Numbered from the stretch's first letter, positions 27,211-42,893 are shown. The stretch is DNA of 64,000 nucleotides from Eledone cirrhosa (GCA_964016885.1 OZ024753.1:17236001-17300000), one strand, 5' to 3'. Numbers and translations: made by a program. Notes: generated by a model from the letters alone, not told the origin.

Positions 27211-28144
27211 TCCTTGTAGTTGTGTTCTTCAAGTACCTTAACAATAATCTTTGGATAAAAACTACAAGACCCTGTCAGATCTCAGAATTGTGTCTATTTT
27301 GTATTACGTGTTTATGGAATCGATTGAATTGGCTATGTACCTATGACAACACTTTTCATCTGTACCGGGAAATCTAGCTTCGGTAATTATGGTTTGGGGC
27401 CATCAGTCGAAACAATGGGAGAGCAGTATCAACATACGTGTATATATACACACTCACACACCACACGTATTAAATATTTACCTAACTCACATACGCATGC
27501 GTACACATATTCTGTCTTGAATACACAGATTCTTTAACGTACGTTCACAAATTTACTTACAATCCTAATATCCTTCATCTCCCGCATTAAAACATAGGGA
27601 TTCCGTTCTTTAAAGATATTCATTCTCTGAAGATGTATTTAAAAAATTGTCTCGCGTCCATTTTGCGTGATTAATTGTGCGATGAACATAACTATAGTCT
27701 AATCCATGATTTGTGGAAATAAAGGCAATGTGGTAAGGCTTGGATTTTATGTTTAAAAGCTAATTGTTGCAAAGAAACGGTTACATTTCAACCTTGTTAG
27801 ATCTCATCAGCGAAATATAATTATCTCAATTGGTATGACTTAGGAAGTAATTAGTGTATAGATAATCAGAAGACAAGAACTGAAACAGTTATAGACGTTC
27901 CTTCTCTTCCACCCCTCTCTCCCTCTCTCTCTTCTCCCTCTCTCTCTCACCCTTCTCTCTCTCTCTCTCTCCCCTCACTTTCTCTCTTCTTCCCTCTCTC
28001 TTTCTTCTCCCCCACCCTCTCCCACTTGTCGCTCTAACTCATTCTCTTCTCGTTTCCTCTCTCCCACCATGTCTTATACCTCACACCACAACTCCTAACT
28101 ACAAACACCAACAGCCACCTCATTTCAATCTAATTTTCTACTTA

Positions 28145-28910
28145 GCGCACGCACAGACCTACACACAACCATAGACATACACACACGCACAGACTTACAC
28201 ACAAGCACAGACCTACACACAAGCACAGACCTACACACAAGCACAGACTTACACACAAGCACAGACTTACACACACGCACAGACCTACACACAAGCACAG
28301 ACCTACACACACGCACAGACCTACACACAAGCAGAGACCTACACACAAGCACAGATTTACACACAAGCACAGACATACACACAAGCACAGACTTACACAC
28401 ACGCACAGACTTACACACACGCACATACCTACACACGCACAGACTTACACACACGCACAGACTTACACACACGCACAGACCTACACACACTCACAGACTT
28501 ACACACAAGCACAGACCTACACACAAGCACAGACTTACACACACGCACAGACTTACACACACGCACAGACTTACACACACGCACAGACTTACACACACGC
28601 ACAGACCTACACACAAGCACAGACTTACACACACGCACAGACCTACACACGCACAGACTTACACACACGCACAGACTTACACACACGCACAGACCTACAC
28701 ACACTCACAGACTTACACACAAGCACAGACCTACACACAAGCACAGACTTACACACACGCACAGACTTACACACACGCACAGACCTACACACAAGCACAT
28801 ACCTACACACACGCACAGACCTACACACAAGCACAGACTTACACACACGCACAGACCTACACACAAGCACAGACTTACACACACGCACAGACCTACACAC
28901 GCACATACCT
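28145..28910. repeat. 18-bp CA-derived minisatellite
   Basis: Unit GCACAGAC(C/T)TACACACA(A/C). Confidence 0.95.
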
Positions 28911-29458
28911 ACACTCACGCATAGACATTGTACAGAAAGAGCGACACGGACAGACAAACATATAATACTCGCCATACACCTTATCTTTCTAACAGGCACA
29001 TCCACATCCACATCCACATTCACGTGACCATACTCTCACAAAATCACCGAGAAAGACACGTGCATGGAACACATGCAGAGACGTAGTCACGTACACAGAC
29101 ACACAAACAATCAAGTGTATATACACACACACACATAGCCCTCACATATACACACACAAAGAGATAATTACGTACACATACTCATAGTCACTACTGTATA
29201 AACACTGTTACCACACGCAGATATACAAATATACACACAGACACACAAATACACACGCAAATATACAATGCCGTAGACCACACACATGATAGATATTTAA
29301 ATCTGTTAACTGGAAAGTAGAAGAAAATTTACAATTTCTCTGAATATATGAAAACATTGAAGTGTTGTGGATTTCAATCTTAAGACAATCTTTCTAAATC
29401 AATATCATAACAACGAGAAATTCTTATCAGATACTATTCATGAATCTCTCTCTCTCTC

Positions 29459-29544
<86 letters not shown>

Positions 29545-29609
29545 GAGATGAAATCGAAAATGCAACTGGAGTCTTATTTAAAAAAAAATATATATATATT
29601 TATTTGGTT

Positions 29610-29646
29610 CCTTTACCGGTTTCGCAGTTCTTCTGCTTTTCAAAAG
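29610..29646 (-). ncRNA. Minimal hammerhead, U3-A8 variant (family G)
   Basis: CTT-TTGAAAA-GCAG-AAGAA-CTGC-GAAA-CCGG-TA-AAG. Confidence 0.75.
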
Positions 29647-29867
29647 TAGAGTTGAGATGGAGGGTCTGTGGTTTTTCTCACATCTGATGTGAGAAAAACC
29701 ACAGACCCTCCATCTCAACTCTACTTTTGAAAAGCAGAAGGTAAATATATATATATTTTTTTAAATAAGACTCCAGTTGCATTTTCGATTTCATCATTTT
29801 TTCTTTATACTTTCACTCGTGTAGGACACCTCGGTTATTTTTCATTTTGTAAAAAAAAAACCCTCAC

Positions 29868-29969
<102 letters not shown>

Positions 29970-30663
29970 GTGGGTATTATCCAATTACAAGTATGAGAAT
30001 GGATCAATGTAAAATAACAAGTATACTACAGAGCCAAAATACTTTATATATATGTGTGTGTGTGTGTGTGTATGTGTGTGTGTATGTGTGTGTGTTTGAG
30101 TGTATGTGTGAGTGTGTGTGCGCATGCGTGTGTGTGTTTGAGTGTATGTATGTGTGTGCGCGCGCATGCGTATGTGTGTATGTGTGTATGTGTGTGTCAA
30201 TATAACGAAGGTCACATTACAGCCACTATTAAATCCCCCTTTACGGACTGAGTTCATATCCCGCCGAGGTTAGCTTTGCCTTTCATCCTTAAGGGGTCGA
30301 TAAAATAAAGTACCGGTAATACACTGGTATAATTGCTGGCCTTGTGCCAAACGTAGAAACAATTATTAAACCTAGTGTAAGAGCTACCGACAAAACAAGT
30401 GAACACCAATAATAGTTTGATGTATAATTTATAACATGATTAGCATTTTACGGAAAACAGCAGCAACAACAACAACAACAATAACGACAACAGCAATGAC
30501 AGCAACAATAACGACAACAACAACATTTAACTCTTTCAAATAAGAAAAACAAATAAGCTGAGAAAAGTAAACAGCAACACCAAGACATTGAGAATAAGTT
30601 TTCAGTTCCCTTAGTTTAACCAGCGTCGTTTTTTATATGTGGACCTGTCTTGGTGATTGAAGC

Positions 30664-30739
<76 letters not shown>

Positions 30740-30740
30740 C

Positions 30741-30775
<35 letters not shown>

Positions 30776-30822
30776 AATGTATATGTATATATATATACAC
30801 AAACAAAGCATGTATATATATA

Positions 30823-30853
<31 letters not shown>

Positions 30854-30961
30854 ATATATATACATATACATATACACACACATGTTTATATGTATACATA
30901 TACATATATAGTATTTACATACACACACACATATAATACATGTATATATGTATATATGTGC

Positions 30962-30997
<36 letters not shown>

Positions 30998-31023
30998 TAT
31001 TTACATACACACACATACAAAAC

Positions 31024-31062
<39 letters not shown>

Positions 31063-31209
31063 TTACCTGTATGTCTGGACTCGTTGAGTTGTTTTTTTTA
31101 AATTTATTTGTTTTCACTTTTGTTTCGTCTCAGACATTTCTCACCGTTCTTTATTTAAACTAACGAAGAAAGTTAAATATAGATACTTAGTTCTTACAAG
31201 TAGATAGGT

Positions 31210-31471
31210 CGTACACACATACATAAACACATATACATACATAAACACATATACATACATAAACACATATATATACATAAACACGTATATATATACATAA
31301 ACACATATATATACATAAACACATATATATACATAAACACGTATATATATACATAAACACGTATATATATACATAAACACGTATATATACGTGTTTATAT
31401 ACATAAACACGTATATATACGTGTTTATATACATAAGCATGTACATATATACATAAACACGTATATATACA

Positions 31472-31511
<40 letters not shown>

Positions 31512-31536
31512 GTTTATGAATATTATACTTAAACAC

Positions 31537-31577
<41 letters not shown>

Positions 31578-31868
31578 AACACGTATATATATACATAAAC
31601 ACGTATATATATATACATAAACATGTATATATATATACATAAACACGTATATATATATATACATAAACACGTAGATATATATACATAAACACGTATATAT
31701 ATACATAAACACGTAGATATATATACATAAACACGTATATATATATATACATAAACACGTATATATATATATACATAAACACGTATATATATATACAAAA
31801 ACAATGTATATATATACATAAACACGTATATATATATACATAAATACGTATATATATAATATAAACAC

Positions 31869-31870
<2 letters not shown>
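31210..31870. repeat. TA-derived minisatellite
   Basis: (TA)n-CATAAACACG units. Confidence 0.9.
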
Positions 31871-31930
<60 letters not shown>

Positions 31931-32770
31931 AACACGTACATATATAAATACATAAACGCGTAAATATATACATGTGTTAAGCATACATAAAACTTCAGAT
32001 AAAATACTTTGCGCTCTTCCGGATCTGTGCGTTCTCTGAGTTCAGACGTCACTGGACACAACTTTACTTCTCATTCTTTCGTGGTTGAAACTGAGGTGGA
32101 CTGGCAGACTGCTTAGAGTCTTGGACAAGTGATTAATAGTATTTCTTCTGAGTTCAAATCCCACGAGGTTAGCTTTGCCTTTCATCCTTACGAGATCAAT
32201 AAAATAAAGTACCAGTAATGTACTGGGGTCGATTTAATCGACTTTCCCCTTCCCCATAATTGTTGACCTTGTGCCTAATTCAGAAACCGTTAATTCGTGG
32301 TCGAACACTATGATTTGTGGCATAAGGTTACTGTCCTGTACGTTCAAATCTCGCCGATGTTATCTTTGCCTTTTATCCTTACAGGGGCTCGATAAAATAA
32401 AGTACCAGTAACACACTGGGGCCCATTTAATTCACATAAAAAAAACTTGTTCGCTTAGTGCCTAAGTCATGGTCGAAAAATTACCAGTCCAGGACTGGGG
32501 TCGATTCTTCACACTCTCTCTCGTCTCTCTTCGGCTCTCTCTCGTCCCTCTCTCGTCCCTCTCTCGTCTCTCTCTCGTCCCTCTCTCGTCTCTCTCTCGT
32601 CCCTCTCTCGTCTCTCTCTCGTCCCTCTCTCACTTCCATCTCTTCACTTCTTCTTTGGTAATTTGTTTCCGTCTATAGGTGTATTTTACCCGGTTTTCTA
32701 AACTATTATTTATAGCAATTGACTAATGTTATACTGCTTTACTGCGTTTGGGATTCCTACATTTTCTAAA

Positions 32771-32859
<89 letters not shown>

Positions 32860-33053
32860 CGAAGGAGGTGTGGTAAGGAACCAGCTGGACCATAACGCAC
32901 CAGAGTACTCAATACTTAGGGTAGTAGAGTGGGTAATGGGAAAATGTTTAACCCCGACGGCAGAGCTCAAGCCCTTTCGACGGCTATTTCTGGACTAAAA
33001 AAAAATAGCCGTCGAAACGGCTTGAGCTCCTCACCGTCGGGGTTAAACATTTT

Positions 33054-33139
<86 letters not shown>

Positions 33140-34329
33140 TTTGTTTATTATACATTAGGATGTGTTAGTTGAAGAACTACTTTCATTTCTTCTCTCGAGT
33201 GGATCCAGCCACATTGTGCCGCTGGGTGAGTTTTTTTAGGGCTCCGCTGAAGTCAGCAGCAACACATACAACCATGTGTGACTTCTCACCAAAAAGGAAA
33301 CCAAGTAATTGGAATATTTACATCAATTGTCCTTAAAATCCTAAGGCAACACCGCCAAAACCCAGGGAATATGTTTGTATTCACATATTGGCAATATATG
33401 TTTTTCTTTGCCTGTGTGATGGGGGAAAGGAATAATTTACGCTTGACTGATTACAACTTAAGACATAATTGGTCAAAACAAAATACTAGCAAGGGACTTA
33501 TCCGGTGCAGCATTGTTTCTGTGAACTGACCAAGTTATACGGGTGGGGGCAGGAGACTATCATAGAGGGATTGGTATAGGAACGAACATGAAGCAAGAGG
33601 GACTTCAGAAAAGCTTAAAAATCACGAAGAAAGAGGAACATATCAAACAAGGAACAGGAAGTCAGTATTGCCCCTTATTTCACACACCTCCACCTTAATC
33701 TGCCCTTTCAAACAATCAGTTTCCCCTATTATACAATGCAGATAAAGGAAAATAGAGCCTTAAATTGACTGTTACAAATTGAAGGTTATAACAATTGCCA
33801 TCTGGAAATCCCTGTTTCTCTCATTCTTCTGTATGTTTATGTGAGCTTTTTTACTTAATTAGAATAATTTATTCAATATCTATTATATCTTATTTAGAAG
33901 TCTATTAACTGCCAGGAAGTGGATTTCTCTTTTACCCAGAAACTATACAACGCCCACCCCAATGAGGGCACTCTACGTGGCTGACATGTGGAGTGTGGAC
34001 GATAAAAACCCTCCCACCTTTTTTTGTTGTTGTAACTAATTAATCAGGAGGGAAGGGCAGAACCGTCGATTCTTTTCAGGGTCTACAAGACTGATGTGAT
34101 GAAGGGTGTAAAGAAGGATGTATGTAACGTAGCCTCTTTAAACCTACACACACACACCCATATATATATATATATAACATCATCATCATCATCATCTTCA
34201 TCATCATCGTTTTACGTCCATTTTCCCACGTTAGCATGGGTTAGACGTACTTTTCTCCTGTAATTAGTTTCACTCTTCTTTTTCTAACTTGCGTCTAACC
34301 TTCTATTTCTTTTTCTATATCTCCTTCTA

Positions 34330-34365
34330 TCTTCCGATGAAAGACTAACGTCCGAAACGTCAGGA
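34330..34365 (+). ncRNA. Degenerate minimal hammerhead
   Basis: TCTT-CCGATGA-AAGACTAACGTCC-GAAA-CG-TC-AGGA. A more decayed relative lies near 2440-2475. Confidence 0.5.
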
Positions 34366-35367
34366 CTCTTTACCTATTATCTAAAACGTTAAAATGATAT
34401 ATAAGGAAATGTATTGTTGTCCAGCATTGCTTTCCTTTGTTGACTTTTCGCGCGCTCACACACACACACATGGAACAGGGAAACGAGATTAGAGGCATTT
34501 CATACAATTGTTTCTTCCCCAAGAACAATGTATCCCAGAAAACGGCATTGTAACCATTTCATGGCCACATTTCTAATGAAATACACCCTATTTCAATGAA
34601 TTCATGAAGAATTTTGAGGGATCTACTAAAATAATTAATTATTTCATTAAGAGAGTATTGAAGTTTGCTTGAAGCATTGTGGAATAATAAGGTAAAATTT
34701 CTTTAAGTCGTTTGGAAGCCTCGACAATGCAGATGGGTAAATCTCCGGGTAACAAGATCCGGTGGTGGAGAGAGAGATGTAAGTGGGTGTATGTAAGTGG
34801 GTGTACGTTGAGATGCGTGGCGTGTATAAGACTGTAACGCGTAGAGGAATGAAGGAAAGAGCGTAAAGGATAAAAATAAAAATAACAACACGAGAAAGAG
34901 TTACCTTGGGAGAGATTTAATTGTCCCTATATATTTCGGATTCACATCCATCAACTGGGGTTTTTTTCCGGGGGGGGGGGGGTCTGTCGGAAAGGTGCGA
35001 AACGTGTCCTCCGCTGTTCGTTGTTTTGAATATCTGAGGTATTCAGCAGAGCGCGCGTATGTTGGAAGATTTGAATTTAATTTGAAAACCTTTAAAATGG
35101 GTGACTTTATTTCATAGAACCAGATGGCCGGGCTGGTAACTAAAGGTTTAAGTGTGTTGTTTTCTTTTCATTTTTTTTCTAAGACGTCAGGGTGATATTT
35201 GAATGAGAGACTTTGCTGTGATTTTTAATACCCCCGTCCTTCTACGTAGATTGTCCCCATTCACTAGTACTTTCTACTTGTCTTCTGATGATGACATTGC
35301 ATTTGATAAATGTAAATAATAAATGTAAAAAGTGAATATAAAATAACTATTTTTTCCTTCATTTTAG

Positions 35368-35406
35368 TATATTCAAACGAACCATTTTGGAAACATGACA
35401 AAGCAG
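35368..35406 (+). CDS. chrd: Probable 39-nt chordin linker exon between CR1 and CHRD1
   Basis: Acceptor tttttccttcattttag, donor CAG|gtatgt. Phase 1 in, 1 out fits both neighbours. Reads (V)YSNEPFWKHDKA. No homology support seen. Confidence 0.6.
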
Positions 35407-36857
35407 GTATGTTGAACTTTTCCCTTTTCTTTTATCAATCAACACAAGGGAATTTGTTTTATAATGAACCATCCACTTGATCTCCTGTACTTAATGTTTC
35501 GCTAAATAAAGGCTGATATTATTTTTCTTCTTGACGTAGTGAACAAACAGATTACACAAATAAACTATGTCAATATTTTTTTATAATTTATTAGCAATAA
35601 ATCCTGTTATATAAAAGCATCAGAAGTGTTGCAAGTTAGAGAGCAACGATAATATATTCTCGACTTTTGTGTGGTGTTTTATGCAGTGAAAACTGAAATA
35701 CGAAGAATATAAATATGATACAATTGAATAGATAAGTAGAATCATTGAACAAGAGGGACTTGAGAATGTTTCAAATAAGGGCAGTAGATTTTGTTTGTTT
35801 GTAGTGGTGCAGTCAGAGGTGGCGAATTAGCAGAGTTGTTAAAACGTCGGATATGTTTTGCGGCCTTTATTCCGGCTCTCTCCTCTCTCAGTTCAAATCC
35901 CATAGACGTCAACTTTGCCTTTCTTCCTTTCGACGTCGATAAAACAAAGTACCAGCTTAGTACTGGTGTCCATTCTTCCGTTCATATCTCTTTCTCACTT
36001 CCATTCTCTCTCACTCACCATGTATCCTTCTCTGGATGAGTGTTGCTGTATTCAGACCTGGAGAGGAGATAGTTTTCGACGGGTTGAAAAAAAGGCCAAG
36101 AAACGCCAGATGCCAATATGGCACCCCACAACACTCTCGGGGGGTACGGGACAATAATGATGAGTGGTATAGTCTAGAGGACAGCTTATAGCGAGTAGGA
36201 CGAGGTAAGACACGAGTCAAACAATGTCTGTAGCTCAGTTTCAATTCCAGGTGTTGACGACAGTTAAAAGCCTTTAGTTCACTTCAAACAAACACACAAA
36301 CACACAAAACAAACAAACAAACGCACACACGCAACCACACACCCACACACACACACATACACAAAGCAAACATACACATAAATATTTATTATAAGAACAG
36401 ATTAAAGTTTAAGCAAAGAATCGCTGCTTTCACCCTTAACGGGATCTTTATATATAAAGGATTCTTAGCTTAAACTTTAATCTGTTCTTATAATAAATAT
36501 TTTCTCTACAGGTTTATATACATATGTATATATACATATGTATAGTGCAAATTTAGACGGGAACAAAACAGAGAGGCAGACAAATAAAGGTTTATTAGGT
36601 TCACGCTCTTGAGAGTGTGTGTGTGGGGGGTGTGTGGGGGGTGGGGTGGGGGTGACGTTTCGGGCATGAGCCCTTCTTCAGGAGTAAATAGGTTAGGAAG
36701 AGAGTTCCGAGGGTGTGTGGAAATACATTTAGAAAAAAGGGGGAAGGAGAACAAATAAAAATAAAAATAAACGTAAAAATAAACATAACAATAAACAATA
36801 AGATGAACAAGTGGTGGAAGGGTGTGAGGCGTGTATACATATGTATATATATATCTA

Positions 36858-36902
<45 letters not shown>

Positions 36903-36908
<6 letters not shown>

Positions 36909-37371
36909 ATACTTGGGGAGGGTCATAGTGTTGTAATAATATTGCCAGAAATAATAACAGAACACACTCACTGCTTGGTTGGTTTTCGCTTCTGTATCTT
37001 TTATATCTCCATAGTTAATTCATTTGGTCGTCAATGTTTATCATTGACTGACCAACGGTCAAAAATACTGATATAATATAGATATAAACACATATATATA
37101 GTTTAACAAAGTTCTTTCGCTGCACATCTGCAACATCATCAGTGGTACTATTATGTTCCTCCTGATGTATTGTATATCTACGTCATTTTTATTTTATCTG
37201 TTTATTTATTTATTTATTTTTGTCTTCTTCTCTGCGCATGCGTTTGCGTGTGTGTATAGTGTTTGGTGTGTGTGTTCGCGTTTGGGTGACTGTGTTTTGG
37301 TTATTGTATTCTATCTTAGTTTACTAGTGTGTGTTTATATGTGTTTGTTGTTATTGTGCTTGTGTATATAT

Positions 37372-37406
<35 letters not shown>

Positions 37407-37720
37407 TATTTCTCTTAAGTCAGTATTGTTTGTTTGGGTGTTTTTCTTATTCCATTCATTTTTTCTGTTTAGCTTTGGTCTTCTAAGTTCTATTTCGCTG
37501 GCCTCTCTGATTTGCCTATCTGCTGGGTCATTTCTATGTTTAGATATTATTTTAATTTCTATGTTGTCTATGTTACCGTCGTGTTGTTGTCTGGCGTGTT
37601 CGTATAGTACTGAACCGTTTTTTCGTCCATTTAGTTCCCCCCAGTGTTGGTCTATCCTTTCTCCTATGCTACGAGCTGTCTCACCTATGTATGTTGTTGT
37701 CATGTTTCTGCAAGTACCCT
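36903..37720 (-). mobile_element. 3' fragment of a Penelope-like element (GIY-YIG C-terminus + pLTR)
   Basis: ORF 37404-37703 reads TYIGETARSIGERIDQH...SVLYEHARQQH...REASEI...PKLN. The downstream pLTR (36903-37190) recurs at 6415-6695 and 20490-20765 and ends in (TA)n. Confidence 0.85.
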
Positions 37721-37770
37721 ACGTTTCTAGTTTTACTGTATGATATAAATATGGCAACCTTTTATTTCAG

Positions 37771-37888
37771 AATTTACAGCCCTGTTAGTGGGATCAGGCA
37801 TCAGCAAACCGGTCCACACAAATAATGTGGCTGTAGCAGATATTAGTGTATATGACTCTACTCTTTATTATTCTATTCGACATACAAG
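37771..37888 (+). CDS. chrd: Chordin exon, start of CHRD1 domain
   Basis: tttatttcag ... AAG|gtaaat. Reads (E)FTALLVGSGISKPVHTNNVAVADISVYDSTLYYSIRHT, like the CHRD FxALLxG...AxA...LxFSI pattern. Phase 1 in, 2 out. Confidence 0.88.
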
Positions 37889-38013
37889 GTAAATATATCA
37901 ATAATGTCTAAGATACTTCAGTTATTATCACACGTCAGCAATGATATCAGTGAATATAACAGCGATATTTCACATTTAAACTATCATACACCTATGGTAT
38001 TATCGGGGATACA

Positions 38014-38370
38014 TACGAGGGTCGATGGAAATGTTCATAGTCTGACCAAGATACTCTCATGGAATGACCACATGAGGGTTTATTTTTCAAAATAGTCCCT
38101 GGGAAGGAACAATGCAATTATTTATAAGAAAAGTTGAAATTAATGCATGCAAGATTTCACAGCCCTAGCATCACTCCTTCATAGGTTGAAATGTTCATAG
38201 TCTGACCAAGATACTCTCATGGAATGACCACATGGGGGTTTATTTTTCAAAATAGTCCCTGGGAAGAAACAATGCAGTTATTTATAAGAAAAGTTGAAAT
38301 TAATGCATGCAAGATTTCACAGCCCTAGCATCATTCCTTCATAGTCAGTTTATGAACTTTTCAGCCCACC
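38014..38370. mobile_element. Mariner-type MITE with internal direct duplication (relatives near 8742-8943 and 59970-60140)
   Basis: TACGAGGGTCG / CGACCCTCGTA-type ends. Shared internal CTGACCAAGATACTCTCATGGAATGAC, with about 160 bp repeated twice here. Confidence 0.65.
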
Positions 38371-38551
38371 ATTTACCTTTACGTTTTTACCTCAATAGTC
38401 GACATAGTAAGTACCAGTAATATACTAATGTGGACCGAATCAACTATCTATTATCTTTAGAAATCATGACTTGCTGCGACTTGCCTAAAAAGCTTATTCC
38501 CACTGTAAGATACATGTGGGGCAATAATTTATAAACCTTTATACTCTAAAC

Positions 38552-38855
38552 CAGAGGTTCTCATCCTCCTCACGGCCACATAATACCCTCATAATACCCA
38601 CATAATACCCTCAGCACCCCCAACCCTATTTCCAGAGAGACCTACCTACACAAATTGTAAATAATACATTATAAATAAAATTGTTAATTTATATATAATA
38701 AATAATATAATATATACTATGTATAAATATATATTATATATTTTTTTATTTTATTATTATATCATCTCCCCCTCTGTCGCACCCCTAGGCCCTAGCGCCC
38801 ACTGGTCCTTCTCAGCGTCCCCAGGGGACGGTCGCGCCCACATTGAGAACCTCTG
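38552..38855. mobile_element. hAT (Charlie-type) MITE
   Basis: TIR CAGAGGTTCTCA / TGAGAACCTCTG with a perfect 8-bp TSD CTCTAAAC. Confidence 0.9.
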
Positions 38856-38955
38856 CTCTAAACAGTGTCTTTAGTACATATATTTGCAATGACATCAAGC
38901 ACCTCACATTAAATGATTTATACTTTAGTCTTTGTTAATCTTCTTCATTTATTAG

Positions 38956-39043
38956 ACTAAAACAACTGGAGAAGTTGCTGTTTGTTCTGGATCAAGGAAA
39001 TATTATACATCAAATACACATTACAGCACCACTACAGACTAAG
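38956..39043 (+). CDS. chrd: Chordin exon, CHRD1 middle
   Basis: catttattag ... AAG|gtaaga. Reads (R)LKQLEKLLFVLDQGNIIHQIHITAPLQTK. Phase 2 in, 0 out. Confidence 0.82.
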
Positions 39044-39192
39044 GTAAGATTCCGGTTCTTGTAATAGTATATATAAAGGAACGATCGACTTTCGTCAAAT
39101 CGGACCGAGGAAACAAGATTTCCGCTGGTTTTTCCAGTTACTAGTGCTATCTATCGGTCGCAAATCCAGGTAGAAGGAGCAACGTGAAATAA

Positions 39193-39262
<70 letters not shown>

Positions 39263-39648
39263 AGGGGGTGTAACTAGGAGTTACTGCAGGTTCACCCGGG
39301 AGAGCACTCGATGTTTAGGTTCACTTCTGTGATGAGGTGTAGAGCTATACAGAGTGTAATATATAGAAAGGATAAAAAGGACGATTGATTATTCCTTCAT
39401 TGCATTTATTGATAGGTGACGCGCGTTTCGCCACTGATCAGCTCAAGGTTCGATCTATATCGATCCTACCCGACTCAATAATCGGCAGCTCGACGGACCC
39501 TCTTAAAATGCTAGCAGTGGCGAAACGCGCGTCACCTATCAATAAATGCAATGAAGGAATAATCAATCGTCCTTTTTATCCTTTCTATATAGTTGATCAA
39601 AAGAACATCTATGTAATTGATCAAAAGAACATCTTTTGATCAATTACA

Positions 39649-39699
39649 TTTTATTATACATATTTCGGATGTACAACAATACGTCCTCATCAGACAAAA
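39649..39699 (-). ncRNA. Minimal type I hammerhead
   Basis: TTTTGT-CTGATGA-GGACGTA-TTGTTG-TACATCC-GAAA-TATGTA-TA-ATAAAA. Confidence 0.8.
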
Positions 39700-39887
39700 T
39701 ATAATGATACATAACATACCCTGAGATGTTAAATGGTTAAGATTTAATCAAGGTAGTCATTTAATATTGTATTTTAATATTAATAACTCTGGAAAATTAT
39801 TTCTCGTAGAGTGCTTTCAATCTACTGTAAAACTCATTCTTTGATATACTCATTGAATCTTGTTTAACTCTTTAATCTCTCTCTCTC

Positions 39888-39977
<90 letters not shown>

Positions 39978-40396
39978 AGATAAACAACCCAATAAAACTT
40001 AAGTACCTCTATATGTCACTGTTGTAACTAATTATACATAACTCATCCTACGAACTGAGTGCTTTAAACCCTTGGATATTTATACTAAGTTTGTACTACA
40101 ACATATATATATATAGGTATATATATAAAGAAGAGGTAGGTGGAGAAGTTAAAACAGGTCAAAATACAGTATTTATTATAATAACCAGTACAAAAGGCTG
40201 TTTTCATACTTCCTTAGAATCTTTTTCAAACAAGCATGTGTACAAAATCCTATTGCGTTAAAAATACTTACGCGAGGAGCAAAGTTTTCATTAATTGGTG
40301 TGAGTGATGGCATCAATATGTTGAGGTATTTATTAATAACATAATTGATTTCGATAAGTTCCAATAAGGACGAAACAATTGTAAATATATATATTG

Positions 40397-40451
<55 letters not shown>

Positions 40452-42193
40452 GTTTGTATATGTATAATAAAGCCAAAACAATGCAGGTATGGACATAGAA
40501 TAAAGAATGGAAATGCTAAAGATATTGTTGACAATATCTTTTGCATTTACATTCTTTATTCTATGTCCACACCTGCATTGTTTTGGCTTTATTATACATA
40601 TACAAACGTTTATATGTCATTACACAATGCTTCATGTGAACTATAACTTCCTCCATATATATATATAGGGCGGGTAACATTCCCGAGATCCATGGACGAG
40701 TTCTCTCCAATTGTCTTTGTCCCTCATCATCGTTGCCATGTCCTGCGGCTCCAAGAGATTGTGTCTGTCCTTAGGCCAACAACATATGTCAACCTCAGTC
40801 TCCCTCTTCTAGTGTGTCTGTGTAGGGGCTCCCACAGGAGCACTGAGTGCCATATATATATGTGTGTGTGTGTGTACTTAACGGACGAGAGAACAGAGAA
40901 GTAGAGTTTAAATATTCATTTATTATGGCTAAGAAGTGTGTTGTGTTATTCTGGAGTTTCACCGGTTCACACGCATGATCCAGCTGATCCTGCTAGGACA
41001 CCACCTTGGTTTAATCAAATCCAACCCAGTTTTTTCATGTCTGCTACAAACAACAGCGAATAAATTTCACTACCCACAAATTCCAGAGTTAGTTTTCTTC
41101 CTGCTATGATGTCAAATAAATGTGTCTTAGTGTTTTTTTGTCATTTCCAAGCGGTCGCCGTCCCGACCTCCGGCGTACTTGGACCCCGTACAGTCGAGCT
41201 CCTCCAAAAGATCGGAACGCCGCGCCCCGTCCAAGGTGGGGTGGCTGTTGCAGCGGGTGTCGCTGGCCATTGTTCGCGGGGCGCAGACACTCTACCGCCG
41301 TGCCCTAGACCCCGAGCCCAATTCCCCTTCTAATCCCCACTCTTCTGTGACCCTACAGTTCTTGCCATTCCCTCCACTTCCAATTTTTTCTTTGTTTCTC
41401 TATATTTTCCTATTTTACCATTCTTCTCAATCAAAATTGTTTCTTTTTCTTTTAAACTGCATTTACATGATATATTCCATAAATAAAATGGTTTCTTATA
41501 TAGTGACAAGGCCAGCAATTGGGGGCGGGGAAGAAAGTCGATTAAATCGACACCAGTGCGTGACTGGTACTTTATTTCATCGACCCCGTAAGGATGAAAG
41601 GCAAAGTTAACCTCGGCGGGATTTTGAACTCAGATCATAAAGGGCCGTAACTCTATGCTACAAAACATGGTGTCCGACCCTCTACTGGGACTGCCAATCC
41701 ACTACCCTTTCACCGCTATTCCATAAATAAAATGTTGTATATATATAAATAAACTCCAATTCGAAATGTAAAGTTTACCTTCTTTAATAAAAAAAAATCT
41801 AATTTAAAAAGTAATTTTTTTAAAATGCAAAACAAATACTGAATACATTTCTACTAGGACGGCTACTAGTATTCTCCTCATTTAAATCTGAGATTTTATG
41901 TCTAATGAAGAAATCATTATAATGTGACAAGATTGGGGTGGTGGTAGTTAAAGGGGAGTGAACTACTGGTAGAAAGGAGGGGAGATGTATGTAGTGTGTA
42001 CTCCTGCCTGAAGGAAAGGGTTGTAAAGATTGTAGATTGTATAACACAGCAGGGATCCAGTTGTCACTAGACTGGCCTCATATCAACTTCCGAAATTATT
42101 GAAGATAATATCTCTCTCTCGATATCTGAATTGACAGTGACAGTTCAACAGCGTACTAATGATCACACACACACACATACACACACACACACA

Positions 42194-42266
<73 letters not shown>

Positions 42267-42566
42267 TCACACATACACACAAACATTCTCTCTCTCTTAC
42301 ACAATCTCACACTCATATGCGTTCACACACCCACAAACACACTCATGAACACACACGCCTTCACACACGCACAAGCACACACACACATGCACAGACACAT
42401 GCGTTCACAAACATAAATACACACACACAGATGTACACACAAACAAACACCTACGCGCGCGCACAAACAAACACACCTTCACACACTTTTACACAGTTTT
42501 ATATACTTCGCAAGGAGTTGTTTCTCTCTCCAATATACATACATTTATGAGTGTATATGTATGTTT

Positions 42567-42597
<31 letters not shown>

Positions 42598-42607
42598 AGA
42601 AATAACA

Positions 42608-42638
<31 letters not shown>

Positions 42639-42893
42639 AGAAATAACAACACAAACACAGATACAAAACACAAAGTCATATAAATATATATATGAGTGTG
42701 GGGGTATATATGTACTCATACGCATTCATATTTAGACTTATATACATACATATAAACATATCATGCTGTCTATAGGACTAGGGTGTATAGACATGGAGTT
42801 ATATAATAATATCACGTTCTCACATAATGCTGCTTTAATGTACACCACACTGGTTTTACATTAGCAGAAACTTAAAAACGACTTAGAAGCTAC

